A stretch of DNA of 64,000 nt from Thermoplasmata archaeon (lineage in GTDB: Archaea > Thermoplasmatota > Thermoplasmata > Thermoplasmatales > GCA-001856825): NCBI GenBank assembly GCA_021792255.1, contig JAJYUZ010000004.1, forward strand, positions 32,001 to 96,000, given 5' to 3'. The notes below the pieces were generated by a model. That model had not been told where the DNA came from. It worked only from the letters and a program-made list of their open reading frames with translations, and made no database searches. Shown piece by piece: positions 42,881 to 51,611 of this stretch; the stretch's first letter is position 1, and each line of letters opens with the position of its first letter. Made by a program: the position numbers and the translations under genes.

Positions 42881-43399
42881 ATGAAAATGATCGAATCTCC
42901 CTGGGTAGTTTTTTTGGACTTGGACGGCACGCTCTGGGATCATCTAGACATTACAGCTGCTAGTCCACCTTTCACAAGAATTTCCGAATCAATAATTTCC
43001 GATTCTCTTGGAGTAAGAATCTCATTACTACCAGGAGCAGTCGATTTCATAAAGTGGGTACGTTCAAGTGGAGGAATTATCTCTACATGTAGCTGGAATG
43101 AATACGACAAAGCTATCGGTGCCCTTGAGGCATACGGCATAGTTCATTTGTTCGATTATCAGAAGGTTTCGACTAATCCAAAAAAATATCTCTTGATGGA
43201 GGAAGTGATAAGTAAGCTTGTCCAGAAAGGGGTCTCTGTCAGGATGGACAGACTCTTCTATTTAGACGATAGGGATATTCACATTAGTGACGTGAAGGTC
43301 AGATTTCCGGAACTGACTTTCTTTCTGATGTGGAAGAACGGGACGAACTACGAAAGCGTAAAGAGTACGATCCTGTCCAAGATCAAAGGAACGCAGTGA
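42881..43399 (+). CDS. magnesium-dependent phosphatase-1 (HAD subfamily IIIC)
   Basis: FLDLDGTLWDH, CSWN, PKK, YLDDR. Confidence 0.88.
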   Translation: MKMIESPWVVFLDLDGTLWDHLDITAASPPFTRISESIISDSLGVRISLLPGAVDFIKWVRSSGGIISTCSWNEYDKAIGALEAYGIVHLFDYQKVSTNPKKYLLMEEVISKLVQKGVSVRMDRLFYLDDRDIHISDVKVRFPELTFFLMWKNGTNYESVKSTILSKIKGTQ

Positions 43400-43511
43400 T
43401 TCTGAGCGGATTGGGCAAGATATCTGATTTTCGATCACGAGAACTCTCTAGATCAGGAACAAACATAAGAGTTACCCCAAAAATTTAATATTGCAAGTTA
43501 ATGAAAAAAAT

Positions 43512-43934
43512 ATGGCCGAGAAACTCCTTTTCCCCTCCGAAGAATGGATCAAGGATTACTGTTCAGTGTTGTCTCAGTCTCAAGAATATAACCGACTGGG
43601 ACAGGGGTGGAAAGACTCAGTCCAGTTCAAGATAACGGACTTTGCTGACAAGAACTTAGGATTAGATTACGAGTCGTTTGTCCTTGACCTAAGGGATGGT
43701 AGGTGTGAAAGATATCATCTCATCAGGGAGGATGTTGAGAGCGCACCGTTCGTTCTGTACTCGTCATACTCTGACTGGAAACGAATCCTAGAAGGAAAAG
43801 TAAATCCTACCCAAGCTATGCTGAGCGGCGTATTGAAGGTAAAGGGAGATATGGTAACTTTGCTAAAATATGCGGCAGCTGCGACTGAAATGGTAAAGGC
43901 AGCAGAAAAAATAGAAACCAGATTCGAAATCTAA
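43512..43934 (+). CDS. SCP2 sterol/lipid-binding domain protein (copy 2)
   Basis: FPSEEW...WKRILEGKVNPTQAMLSGVLKVKGD; clear paralog of 27635-28063. Confidence 0.9.
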   Translation: MAEKLLFPSEEWIKDYCSVLSQSQEYNRLGQGWKDSVQFKITDFADKNLGLDYESFVLDLRDGRCERYHLIREDVESAPFVLYSSYSDWKRILEGKVNPTQAMLSGVLKVKGDMVTLLKYAAAATEMVKAAEKIETRFEI

Positions 43935-44163
43935 AATATTTTCCAATTCCTAGGGGTCATAGAAGTATGAACAGATATGAATCGACATTTCTTTTTCTGA
44001 TTAGTAACAGTAAGTTCCTGTATCTCTTTCTTCCTCTCCACACACCCCTTTTACTGTTGCACGGTGGCGTCAGAGTAGGAGTGGACATCAGTAGAAGGAA
44101 ATCATAAAAAGTAAATTGTTTTTCAGCGACGGAAAATCTCATTAACATACATCAGTTTGCTGT

Positions 44164-45162
44164 TTGATTAAGATGGCCAACAGGTCGGTAGTTATATTCG
44201 CATTCCTTGTTATTTTTATAATGTTGATATCATCTTCTTTCATTATTCCAAGCAGTGCCTACAACAGTGAGGCTCAGCACAGTAATAAGACTGCTATGGT
44301 TTGGATGGGATTGGAAATTACTGGGGAAAACATAACATCGGACCTTTTATCGATTAGCGCACACAAGGCGGAATTGACGGGGGTCTCCTATGAACACTAC
44401 ATCCTTAGCTCTCAAGGTGAACTTGAACCCATCTTGATGATTACTAACGTAACACACTCCATAAAGTCGCTAGGTCTTGAGACTTTTCCAATGATAATAA
44501 GCGCAAATCTGATTGATTTAGAATATCTTCTAAGCCATCCAACAAATTTCATTTCAAGCGCTGTGTCACAGGCAATTACGTTCGGATACACAGGTTATAA
44601 CATTGACTTTGAACCTTCGCAAGAGGCTAACAGCTCGGTCGCACTGCAGTATTCAATTTTTTTGGATACATTTGCCAACGCTCTCCATGAAAAGGGGTTT
44701 GAATTGACGGTCGATATCGCTTCTTGGAATTCCTTCTGGAATTTTGGTGAGTTGAATAACACTTCTGCAGACATACTCTACGATATGGATACCTACGCCT
44801 CTCCTTTATTCAATTTTGGTTACGCATTAGAGAATGCTGTGACACAAATTTCCCTTCACAAGCTCGGAGTTGGTTTAATCACTACGAACGTAAACAATGG
44901 ATCTAATCTTACGAGCGTCTCTGTCCATTCAAGATTTCAATCTCTTGAATCTGACAATGTTTCAAATGTCGCTGTATGGGATATGCCTCTAAACAGCTAT
45001 TGGTGGTCGTATCTTTCACAGTTTCTTGGTGTTAAACACAGCATCATTCCCTTCCCTCTTCTGTACCTTCTTTTTCTAGCGGTTCCCGCGATCATGGCGA
45101 TTGCAGTGTATCTTGGTGTCAAGTCAAATAAACGAAAACGGTTAAACCCTAAAAATATCTAG
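44164..45162 (+). CDS. exported GH18-like glycoside hydrolase with C-terminal membrane anchor
   Basis: Signal peptide, YTGYNIDFEP (GH18 DxE), FANALH, LTVDIA, MDTY, AVW. Confidence 0.72.
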   Translation: MIKMANRSVVIFAFLVIFIMLISSSFIIPSSAYNSEAQHSNKTAMVWMGLEITGENITSDLLSISAHKAELTGVSYEHYILSSQGELEPILMITNVTHSIKSLGLETFPMIISANLIDLEYLLSHPTNFISSAVSQAITFGYTGYNIDFEPSQEANSSVALQYSIFLDTFANALHEKGFELTVDIASWNSFWNFGELNNTSADILYDMDTYASPLFNFGYALENAVTQISLHKLGVGLITTNVNNGSNLTSVSVHSRFQSLESDNVSNVAVWDMPLNSYWWSYLSQFLGVKHSIIPFPLLYLLFLAVPAIMAIAVYLGVKSNKRKRLNPKNI

Positions 45163-45506
45163 GCAGACTCTATCGAGCATAAAAGAGAAAATAAGAAATA
45201 ACGAGGTCTTAAAGTACGATTCGAAGAGTTTAAGGATTCTGAAAAGTCTTCACATTATGAAGTAACGGAATATGCTTGAAAGGTCAAAATTTCAGAGCTT
45301 TGGTTATATCTCCCTGAACTCGATGAGTGGAAAATGTCTTGTCTCCAGTGAGAGGTCGAGATGCACTTGCTTTCTGGGAGACAAAGGACATTACAGAGAA
45401 ACTTATTGCAATCGCTACAAGAAGAATTGCCATCGACAAGGGTTTTTTATTCAATCTTTCTTTACATCTCTGCCAATGTCCACAAATATTGTACCTGTCT
45501 CAGCCA

Positions 45507-46361
45507 TCAGACGACCCCCTCTGGCTGGACTACCTGGTACTTGACGTTATCAAGTATGAAGTAGCTGAATATCCAAAATGAATACATCAAAGCGATGCTC
45601 TGATGTGGTAATGAAGATGCAGCAAACTCACTACCTATTCCAACTCGAAGAATAGAAACATTAGATGATAAATAACTCCTATCTTCCAGATATGATAAGA
45701 ATGGCGTAAATGCTAATTTAAAGCTCATTGAATCAGATGTATTTATCAATGGAACAAACACATAACTGGGAAAGACACCAGATGCGCTATTGCCTATATA
45801 TAGATCCCAAGTCACCTTTTCAGTATCATTATTAATTTGTATGGGGATCACGACAGATACTCCACTAAATGTAGCATTCTGACCTGAATATACCTCTCCC
45901 GACAAATCATCAACCAACATAATTTCAACTTCATATTGGGGAGTGGAATTTTTCCCTAGAAACATATCATACGCTACATCATACCTGACCTGTTGACTTA
46001 CCTGTTTTATACTGAAAGAAACGAAAGAAGAGAAGTTCCCTTTATATATCTCATTCAATGACAAAGGTAAATTATATGTAAAATGAACCGAAGGATAGCC
46101 AAAAATCCCCACTCCATTCCCTGCGTTGTATAAATCAGTTGAAAGATGAATTGAAGAGTTGTTATAAAGATTCATTACCGTACCACCTCCTCCTTTGGTA
46201 AAATCCCACAAATTCGGGCTGACATATCCATAGCTCGAATTATAGTAAGGATGAGGATTTGACAGATTACCAACAAGAGTTGCAAACGGCCGTGTTCCAG
46301 AAGTCGAGTTCGTGACTGGGATTGTGTTATTATTTCCTGAAGGACTTCTTGGGAACTCCAT
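45507..46361 (-). CDS. GH12-like endoglucanase, exported; hydrophobic leader continues in frame to about 46434 without a canonical start
   Basis: PNLWD, FGYP, YDVAYDMFL, YEVEIML, GIGSE (two GH12-like Glu motifs); visibly AT-rich. Confidence 0.65.
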   Translation of the reverse strand: MEFPRSPSGNNNTIPVTNSTSGTRPFATLVGNLSNPHPYYNSSYGYVSPNLWDFTKGGGGTVMNLYNNSSIHLSTDLYNAGNGVGIFGYPSVHFTYNLPLSLNEIYKGNFSSFVSFSIKQVSQQVRYDVAYDMFLGKNSTPQYEVEIMLVDDLSGEVYSGQNATFSGVSVVIPIQINNDTEKVTWDLYIGNSASGVFPSYVFVPLINTSDSMSFKLAFTPFLSYLEDRSYLSSNVSILRVGIGSEFAASSLPHQSIALMYSFWIFSYFILDNVKYQVVQPEGVV

Positions 46362-46552
46362 GTTGACGGCAAAAGCCGATGCTATGACGATTATCGAAAT
46401 TACGGTGACTGTGACCAGTGTTATAGCCTTTAATTTCTCACCCTGTGCAGATTAATGACTGCGGGATTTGATACTGTTTCGGTTTAAAACTTTAGTCGTT
46501 TTATGAACCTCCTTTCTATATAAGATAGGGTCTCATAACGACCTGAACTCGA

Positions 46553-46627
46553 TGGGACCGCCGAGATTTGAACTCGGGTCACCAACACCCCAAGCTGGTA
46601 GGATGGTCCAATCTACCCTACGGTCCC
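46553..46627 (-). tRNA. tRNA-Pro (GGG), intronless, CCA not encoded
   Basis: GGGACCG/CGGTCCC acceptor stem, anticodon arm CCAGC-TTGGGGT-GTTGG, T arm CCGAG-TTCAAAT-CTCGG; directly downstream of rpoN. Confidence 0.96.
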
Positions 46628-46628
46628 T

Positions 46629-46850
46629 CTAATCAAATGGTAAGATTTCCTCGAGAAGCTCTGCGTTAGAAAGAATCATTCTCCTGCAACAATATCTGGT
46701 AACGTCCAGATCGTCCAGGATTTCAGATATCTCTTCTGCAGTGACTTCTCTGTTCTTCGTTTTTTTGATCTCGCCAACTCTGTCTGTAAAGCGGACATAA
46801 TCAGATCCAATGACCCTTCCACAGCTAAAACATCTGACGGGTATAATCAT
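46629..46850 (-). CDS. rpoN: DNA-directed RNA polymerase subunit N (Rpo10)
   Basis: MIIPVRCFSCG...RYCCRRM. Confidence 0.98.
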   Translation of the reverse strand: MIIPVRCFSCGRVIGSDYVRFTDRVGEIKKTKNREVTAEEISEILDDLDVTRYCCRRMILSNAELLEEILPFD

Positions 46851-46854
46851 TTTT

Positions 46855-47250
46855 TCACCTGTACGACTTCTGTTTCTTCTTCCTAGCTCCTGTTCCTCCA
46901 GGTTTCTTCGGGAGCTTCTTTCTTACATCATTTACGAGCAGGGCCCTGTCGTATTCTTTGAATGTTTTTTCAAGATCCTGATCTTTGAAGAAGTCGATGA
47001 TTGCCCTCGAAATAGCGGTCCTAGCAGCTTCAGCTTGGCCTATTACACCTCCACCTTGAGTGTTGACGGAGATGTCTACTACCTTGACTTTATCGCCCGC
47101 TAGCATAACCGGTTCCATCATTTTCAGCTTAGCGAGTTCGGGTTGGTATATCTCGATAGGGGTCCCGTTTATCCTTATTCTTCCTTTGCCTTCTTTTATC
47201 GTCGCTCTCGCGACTGCAGTCTTCCTAGCACCACTAGTCTCAATTACCAT
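46855..47250 (-). CDS. rps9: 30S ribosomal protein S9
   Basis: GARKTAVARA, GGGVIGQAEA, KKPGGTGARKKKQKSYR. Confidence 0.98.
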   Translation of the reverse strand: MVIETSGARKTAVARATIKEGKGRIRINGTPIEIYQPELAKLKMMEPVMLAGDKVKVVDISVNTQGGGVIGQAEAARTAISRAIIDFFKDQDLEKTFKEYDRALLVNDVRKKLPKKPGGTGARKKKQKSYR

Positions 47251-47671
47251 CTAAAATCACTTTTGATCCTAATTCTTTGCAAATCTCGTAAAGGGTCACG
47301 ACGTTTGCAACGTGTTTGTTTTGATACTGTTCAAGCTTTTCCAGTTCTTTCCCGCTGAAATCCTTGGGAACTCCGATGAAGACTCTTAACCTCTTGAGGG
47401 CTTCTATACCTTTGGTGTTCTTCATTGGAAGCATTCCTCTCACTGTCCTCCTAAAGATTCTGTCTGGCTCTTTTGGGAACCTAGGTCCCTTCCTGACAGA
47501 GCCAACATCCCTTTCCATCTTGTATCTTTCAATTGTGTACCTTCTTCTTCCAGAAACTACTGCCTTTTCCGCGTTCACAACTACAATCTCATCGTCCTTT
47601 GTCAGCAGTTCCTTTGCAAGGTATGAGGAGGCCCTTCCAAGTACCAAGTTGCTACCATCGATTATTCTAAT
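47240..47671 (-). CDS. rpl13: 50S ribosomal protein L13 (probable ATT start at 47671; ORF track starts at TTG 47647)
   Basis: (I)RIIDGSNLVLGRASS, VVNAEKAVVSG, RRTVRGMLP. Confidence 0.95.
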   Translation of the reverse strand: MRIIDGSNLVLGRASSYLAKELLTKDDEIVVVNAEKAVVSGRRRYTIERYKMERDVGSVRKGPRFPKEPDRIFRRTVRGMLPMKNTKGIEALKRLRVFIGVPKDFSGKELEKLEQYQNKHVANVVTLYEICKELGSKVILDGN

Positions 47672-47677
47672 TTCACA

Positions 47678-48034
47678 TCACCCTATTATTTTGACCTTGG
47701 TCCCTTTTGAGTTTTCACCCATTAGTTCCCTCAGCGTGATTGCCTTTCCGCCGGCATCTTCTATCTTTGACCTTGCGGATTTAGAGAAATAGAGGGCTGC
47801 GACTTTGACCGGTTCTTCTATTCTTCCCGAACCAAGAACAACGCCAGGAACGAGAACAACGTCGTCACTTGTAGCGAAGCGCGATATCTTTCCAATATTG
47901 ACTTCAACCAAATTGTCCTTCGATTTCCTGATTCTTTTCGCGATATCTCCCCAGAACCTTGAATCGTTCTCTAAAGCTGTCTTCTTCATATCCAACGCAA
48001 GTCTTTCCCTCTCATCCTTTTCATTTACACCCAT
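47678..48034 (-). CDS. rpl18e: 50S ribosomal protein L18e
   Basis: EVNIGKISR, VPGVVLGSG, FSKSARSKIEDAGG. Confidence 0.96.
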   Translation of the reverse strand: MGVNEKDERERLALDMKKTALENDSRFWGDIAKRIRKSKDNLVEVNIGKISRFATSDDVVLVPGVVLGSGRIEEPVKVAALYFSKSARSKIEDAGGKAITLRELMGENSKGTKVKIIG

Positions 48035-48081
48035 TTATCAAGCACCTGGGTCGGAAGGTATGAATTAACTATTAATAAATG

Positions 48082-48888
48082 TTATCTGGACTTTGTAAGC
48101 TCCAAGGCATTCTTTAGGATCTCAGCACTGGTAACTACTCCCACCCCTCCAGGCACTGGAGTGTAATCGACCAAACTGTTCTTCACGTCTGCTTCAAAGT
48201 CTCCCTTCACTTTCCCGTCCTTGACATTAATTCCTATGTCTACAACTATTTTCTTGCTCTTGATTGATGAAGACTTTAGATAACCGGCCCTTCCTACCGC
48301 CAAGAACACGATATCACTTTCGTCTATCAACTCGTCAACATTTTGAGTCTTGCTGTGTGCAACAGTCACAGTAGCATCCCTGTTGAGCAGCATTTGCGAT
48401 AGTGGCCTTCCCACGGTCACCGACCTATTTATCACCAGAGTCCTCTTTCCCTTGAAGTCAACGTTGTAGTAAGCTAGTATGTCTATGGCTCCCTTGGCAG
48501 TAGCTGGGGCAACTCCTTCCACTCCGAAGAACAATTCTCCCATGTTCTGGAAAGTGAGACAGTCCGCATCTTTGTCTGGATCAAGCACAGCAGATACCAT
48601 CTCGTTTGTTATTCCCTTCGGGAATGGCCTTCCAACGATTACGGCAGTGTACGTCGGATCTTCATTCAGACTCCTTATCGTGTCCAACAAATCCTCGCCC
48701 TTTATTACTAGAGACGTGAAGTCGATTCCCACTTTCTCTGCATTCTTCTTTATACTATTGAAATAAACAATCGATTCCAAGTCTTCATCGTAAGCAACAG
48801 ATGCCATCGTTATTTTTCCATACTCTGCAACTCCCTTCTTGACTCTTTCTAGAATTTCTTTGGATAAGGGTCTGCCGTCCAAAAGCAT
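48082..48888 (-). CDS. folD: methylenetetrahydrofolate dehydrogenase/cyclohydrolase
   Basis: LLDG, DPDKDAD, PATAKG, NRSVTVGRP, VDIGIN, TPVPGGVG. Confidence 0.95.
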   Translation of the reverse strand: MLLDGRPLSKEILERVKKGVAEYGKITMASVAYDEDLESIVYFNSIKKNAEKVGIDFTSLVIKGEDLLDTIRSLNEDPTYTAVIVGRPFPKGITNEMVSAVLDPDKDADCLTFQNMGELFFGVEGVAPATAKGAIDILAYYNVDFKGKRTLVINRSVTVGRPLSQMLLNRDATVTVAHSKTQNVDELIDESDIVFLAVGRAGYLKSSSIKSKKIVVDIGINVKDGKVKGDFEADVKNSLVDYTPVPGGVGVVTSAEILKNALELTKSR

Positions 48889-48987
48889 GAGGGTTTATTC
48901 TATTTGAGGATTAAAGCTAATCCAGAAGAATTGAGTATGAAATTAATCAACAAAACACTTAATTAGGGATTTTCACTTGCCAAACGA

Positions 48988-50925
48988 ATGGACGAGTTAT
49001 CAGAATGGATAAAGTCTAAGGGTATTGACACTACCAATGACATCAAGATACCGGACAAATTAGTGGATCAGGTCATTGGTCAGGATCAAGGGGTCGAAGT
49101 CATTAAAAGAGCAGCAAAGCAGAAACGGCATGTCATTTTGATAGGAGAACCCGGAACGGGAAAATCAATGCTCGCCCAATCTATGACAGATTTTATCCCC
49201 AAGGAAGAGCTGGAAGATATTCTGGTTTTTCACAACCCAGAAGATGCGAATCGCCCCAAGATAATCACCGTCCCCGCTGGCAAGGGAAAGGAGATCACGA
49301 AGGACTACCAGAAGAGAGCAGATCAGGAAAAGACCGAAAAACAGAGAAGCGTGAGAATTTTAGTTATTTTTATCGTGATCATAGGACTGATTTTCGCGTT
49401 TATCAACTATCCAACGAGCCACAGCATCGACTCTACTCCAATATTTCTTGCAATAATGGCAGCCGCCTTTCTGTACATCGCCCTTAATATGGGGCCCATC
49501 GCAAGGGAAGACAAGACGATGGTTCCAAAATTGCTGGTGGGACACGACAGAGACGACAAGCCACCATTTATAGACTCGACGGGAGCTCAAGCAGGCGCGC
49601 TTCTCGGAGACGTTAGACACGACCCATTTCAATCTGGAGGGCTGGAAACTCCAGCGCATCTTAGAGTGGAGGCTGGAAATATCCACAAGGCGAACAAGGG
49701 AGTGCTATTCATAGACGAGATCAACACACTTAGGATGGAGAGCCAGCAGAGCCTTCTCACCGCAATGCAGGAAAAGAAATACACGATTGCCGGGCAGAGC
49801 GAAAGATCTGCGGGAGCACTTGTCCAGACAGAAATGGTTCCGTGCGATTTCATTTTAGTGGCGTCAGGAAATCTAGATGCCCTTCAAGGAATGCATCCAG
49901 CACTGAGGTCTAGAATCAGAGGATATGGCTACGAAGTGTATATGAATACAATGATGGACGACACGGAGGAAAACAGGGAAAAGGTAATGAGGTTCGTAGG
50001 ACAAGAGGTCACAAAGGACAAGAAGATCCCTGCGTTCGATTACACTGCAATAGCAGAAGTAATCAGGGAAGCCCAGAAGAGGGCTGGCAGGAAAGGTAAA
50101 ATCACCCTGAGGTTAAGGGAGATGGGCGGTCTGATAAGGATTGCAGGTGACCTTGCAGTCCAATCGGCTTCTTCGGTCGTCACAGGAGATCACGTTATAA
50201 AGGCTAAAATAAAAGCGAGGCCGCTAGAACAGCAGATCGCAGACAAACACATAGAGGCCAACAAGAACTACAAGACTTTCACCAATGAGGGCTACTCCAT
50301 AGGAATAGTCAATGGATTAGCCGTTTTCAGTGCGGGATCAGGAATGGCAGAATATTCCGGAATAGTCATGCCGGTAGCGGCTGAAGTTACCCCCGCTCAA
50401 GAAAAGGAGAGCGGGAAGGTAATAGCAACTGGTAAACTCGGTGAAATAGCAAAGGAAGCAGTTCAAAACGTCTCTGCCGTCATCAAGAAATATACGGGAC
50501 AGGATATAGCGAATCACGATGTGCATATCCAGTTCATTGGAAGCTATGAAGGGGTAGAAGGTGACTCCGCAAGCGTCACTATCGCTACTGCGGTAGTATC
50601 GGCGATGGAAGGTATTCCCGTGGACCAATCCTACGCAATGACGGGATCTCTGTCGATAAGAGGGCAGGTCCTTCCTGTAGGTGGTGTCACGGCAAAAGTC
50701 GAAGCAGCCATTGAAGCCGGCTTCAAGAATGTCATAGTCCCTGAGAGTAATAAGGGGGACATAGTTTTAGAAGAGACGCAGAGAGCCAAGATTCAGATCC
50801 ACGTTGTCAGGACAATCAGTGAGGTCCTGAACCTGGTGCTAGCATCTACAAAGTCAAAGACATCCCTTCTCTCCAAATTCGATTTTTCTGCCTCTACTGG
50901 CCAGGTGATGGTCAATCCCAGTTGA
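48988..50925 (+). CDS. lonB: archaeal membrane-bound Lon protease
   Basis: DQVIGQ, GEPGTGKS, two TM segments, HDPFQSGG, GDSAS and downstream K dyad. Confidence 0.97.
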   Translation: MDELSEWIKSKGIDTTNDIKIPDKLVDQVIGQDQGVEVIKRAAKQKRHVILIGEPGTGKSMLAQSMTDFIPKEELEDILVFHNPEDANRPKIITVPAGKGKEITKDYQKRADQEKTEKQRSVRILVIFIVIIGLIFAFINYPTSHSIDSTPIFLAIMAAAFLYIALNMGPIAREDKTMVPKLLVGHDRDDKPPFIDSTGAQAGALLGDVRHDPFQSGGLETPAHLRVEAGNIHKANKGVLFIDEINTLRMESQQSLLTAMQEKKYTIAGQSERSAGALVQTEMVPCDFILVASGNLDALQGMHPALRSRIRGYGYEVYMNTMMDDTEENREKVMRFVGQEVTKDKKIPAFDYTAIAEVIREAQKRAGRKGKITLRLREMGGLIRIAGDLAVQSASSVVTGDHVIKAKIKARPLEQQIADKHIEANKNYKTFTNEGYSIGIVNGLAVFSAGSGMAEYSGIVMPVAAEVTPAQEKESGKVIATGKLGEIAKEAVQNVSAVIKKYTGQDIANHDVHIQFIGSYEGVEGDSASVTIATAVVSAMEGIPVDQSYAMTGSLSIRGQVLPVGGVTAKVEAAIEAGFKNVIVPESNKGDIVLEETQRAKIQIHVVRTISEVLNLVLASTKSKTSLLSKFDFSASTGQVMVNPS

Positions 50926-51319
50926 CCTAACCTATTATTTTTTAGATCATTTTGATGAAAGAGAACTGGACCGATTCGTCGACTGTTCGCTGATCAGAGA
51001 AGATAGGATACTGGGAAACGTTCATCTCGAAGTCGCGGTAAAATATGCGAAAGAGAATTTTGAGGGTGGAAGGATGATAAGTAAGTCCCTGTGGAATGAA
51101 ATTCTACTATACCTTTCTCTTCAAAGGCAAATATCGAAGGCTTTTGGAATGGTAGGTGTCAAAAATTATTCTGGAATCGTAGTCAAGGTCGAGCGATCCA
51201 AAACTTCAAAGTCTTTACCACGAATAGACGCGTCAACTTCCAAGAAGAAGTACTGGAACGTCAGTTCGGTAGAAGAATTGTTAGAACTTATGGCAATATT
51301 TCATCTAGAGAACCACTGA
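50915..51319 (+). CDS. cgi121: KEOPS subunit Cgi121 (conserved frame extends upstream of ATG 51074; probable non-canonical start)
   Basis: ILGNVHLEVAVKYA...ISKSLWNEILLYLSLQRQISKAFGMVGVK...LLELMA. Confidence 0.78.
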   Translation: MPVDLTYYFLDHFDERELDRFVDCSLIREDRILGNVHLEVAVKYAKENFEGGRMISKSLWNEILLYLSLQRQISKAFGMVGVKNYSGIVVKVERSKTSKSLPRIDASTSKKKYWNVSSVEELLELMAIFHLENH

Positions 51320-51611
51320 TCCGCAAAGGAACCATTGGACGGAAACATTTAGTCCTCAACTCCGACCACCACAAACTTTGTAGTACGCCTCTCTTTCTAT
51401 CGCCATTATTCCTCTAGATTTCACTATGATCTCGTTCTTGGAGAGATCGATTTCCTAATCTAAAATTCCTTACTTCTATGAGCGATTCTTGGTCAAATGA
51501 ATTCCGTTATAATTCACGGTTTGCGGCATCGATTTTGGAATGATCCTCGAAGACGACTCCACATGTTTTTATAGCTTTTCAACATACCTTTCCCACTACG
51601 TAGGAATCTAA

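Noticed and set aside
45170-45500. Several overlapping short ORFs between the GH18-like and GH12-like genes
   Set aside because: No identifiable family; probably decayed coding sequence
26118-46552. Integrative element with att sites at tRNA-Pro
   Set aside because: No integrase and no duplicate of the tRNA 3' end found in the window
51320-51600. Intergenic region upstream of lhr as a possible ncRNA or small gene
   Set aside because: No convincing ORF, C/D boxes or stable structure seen
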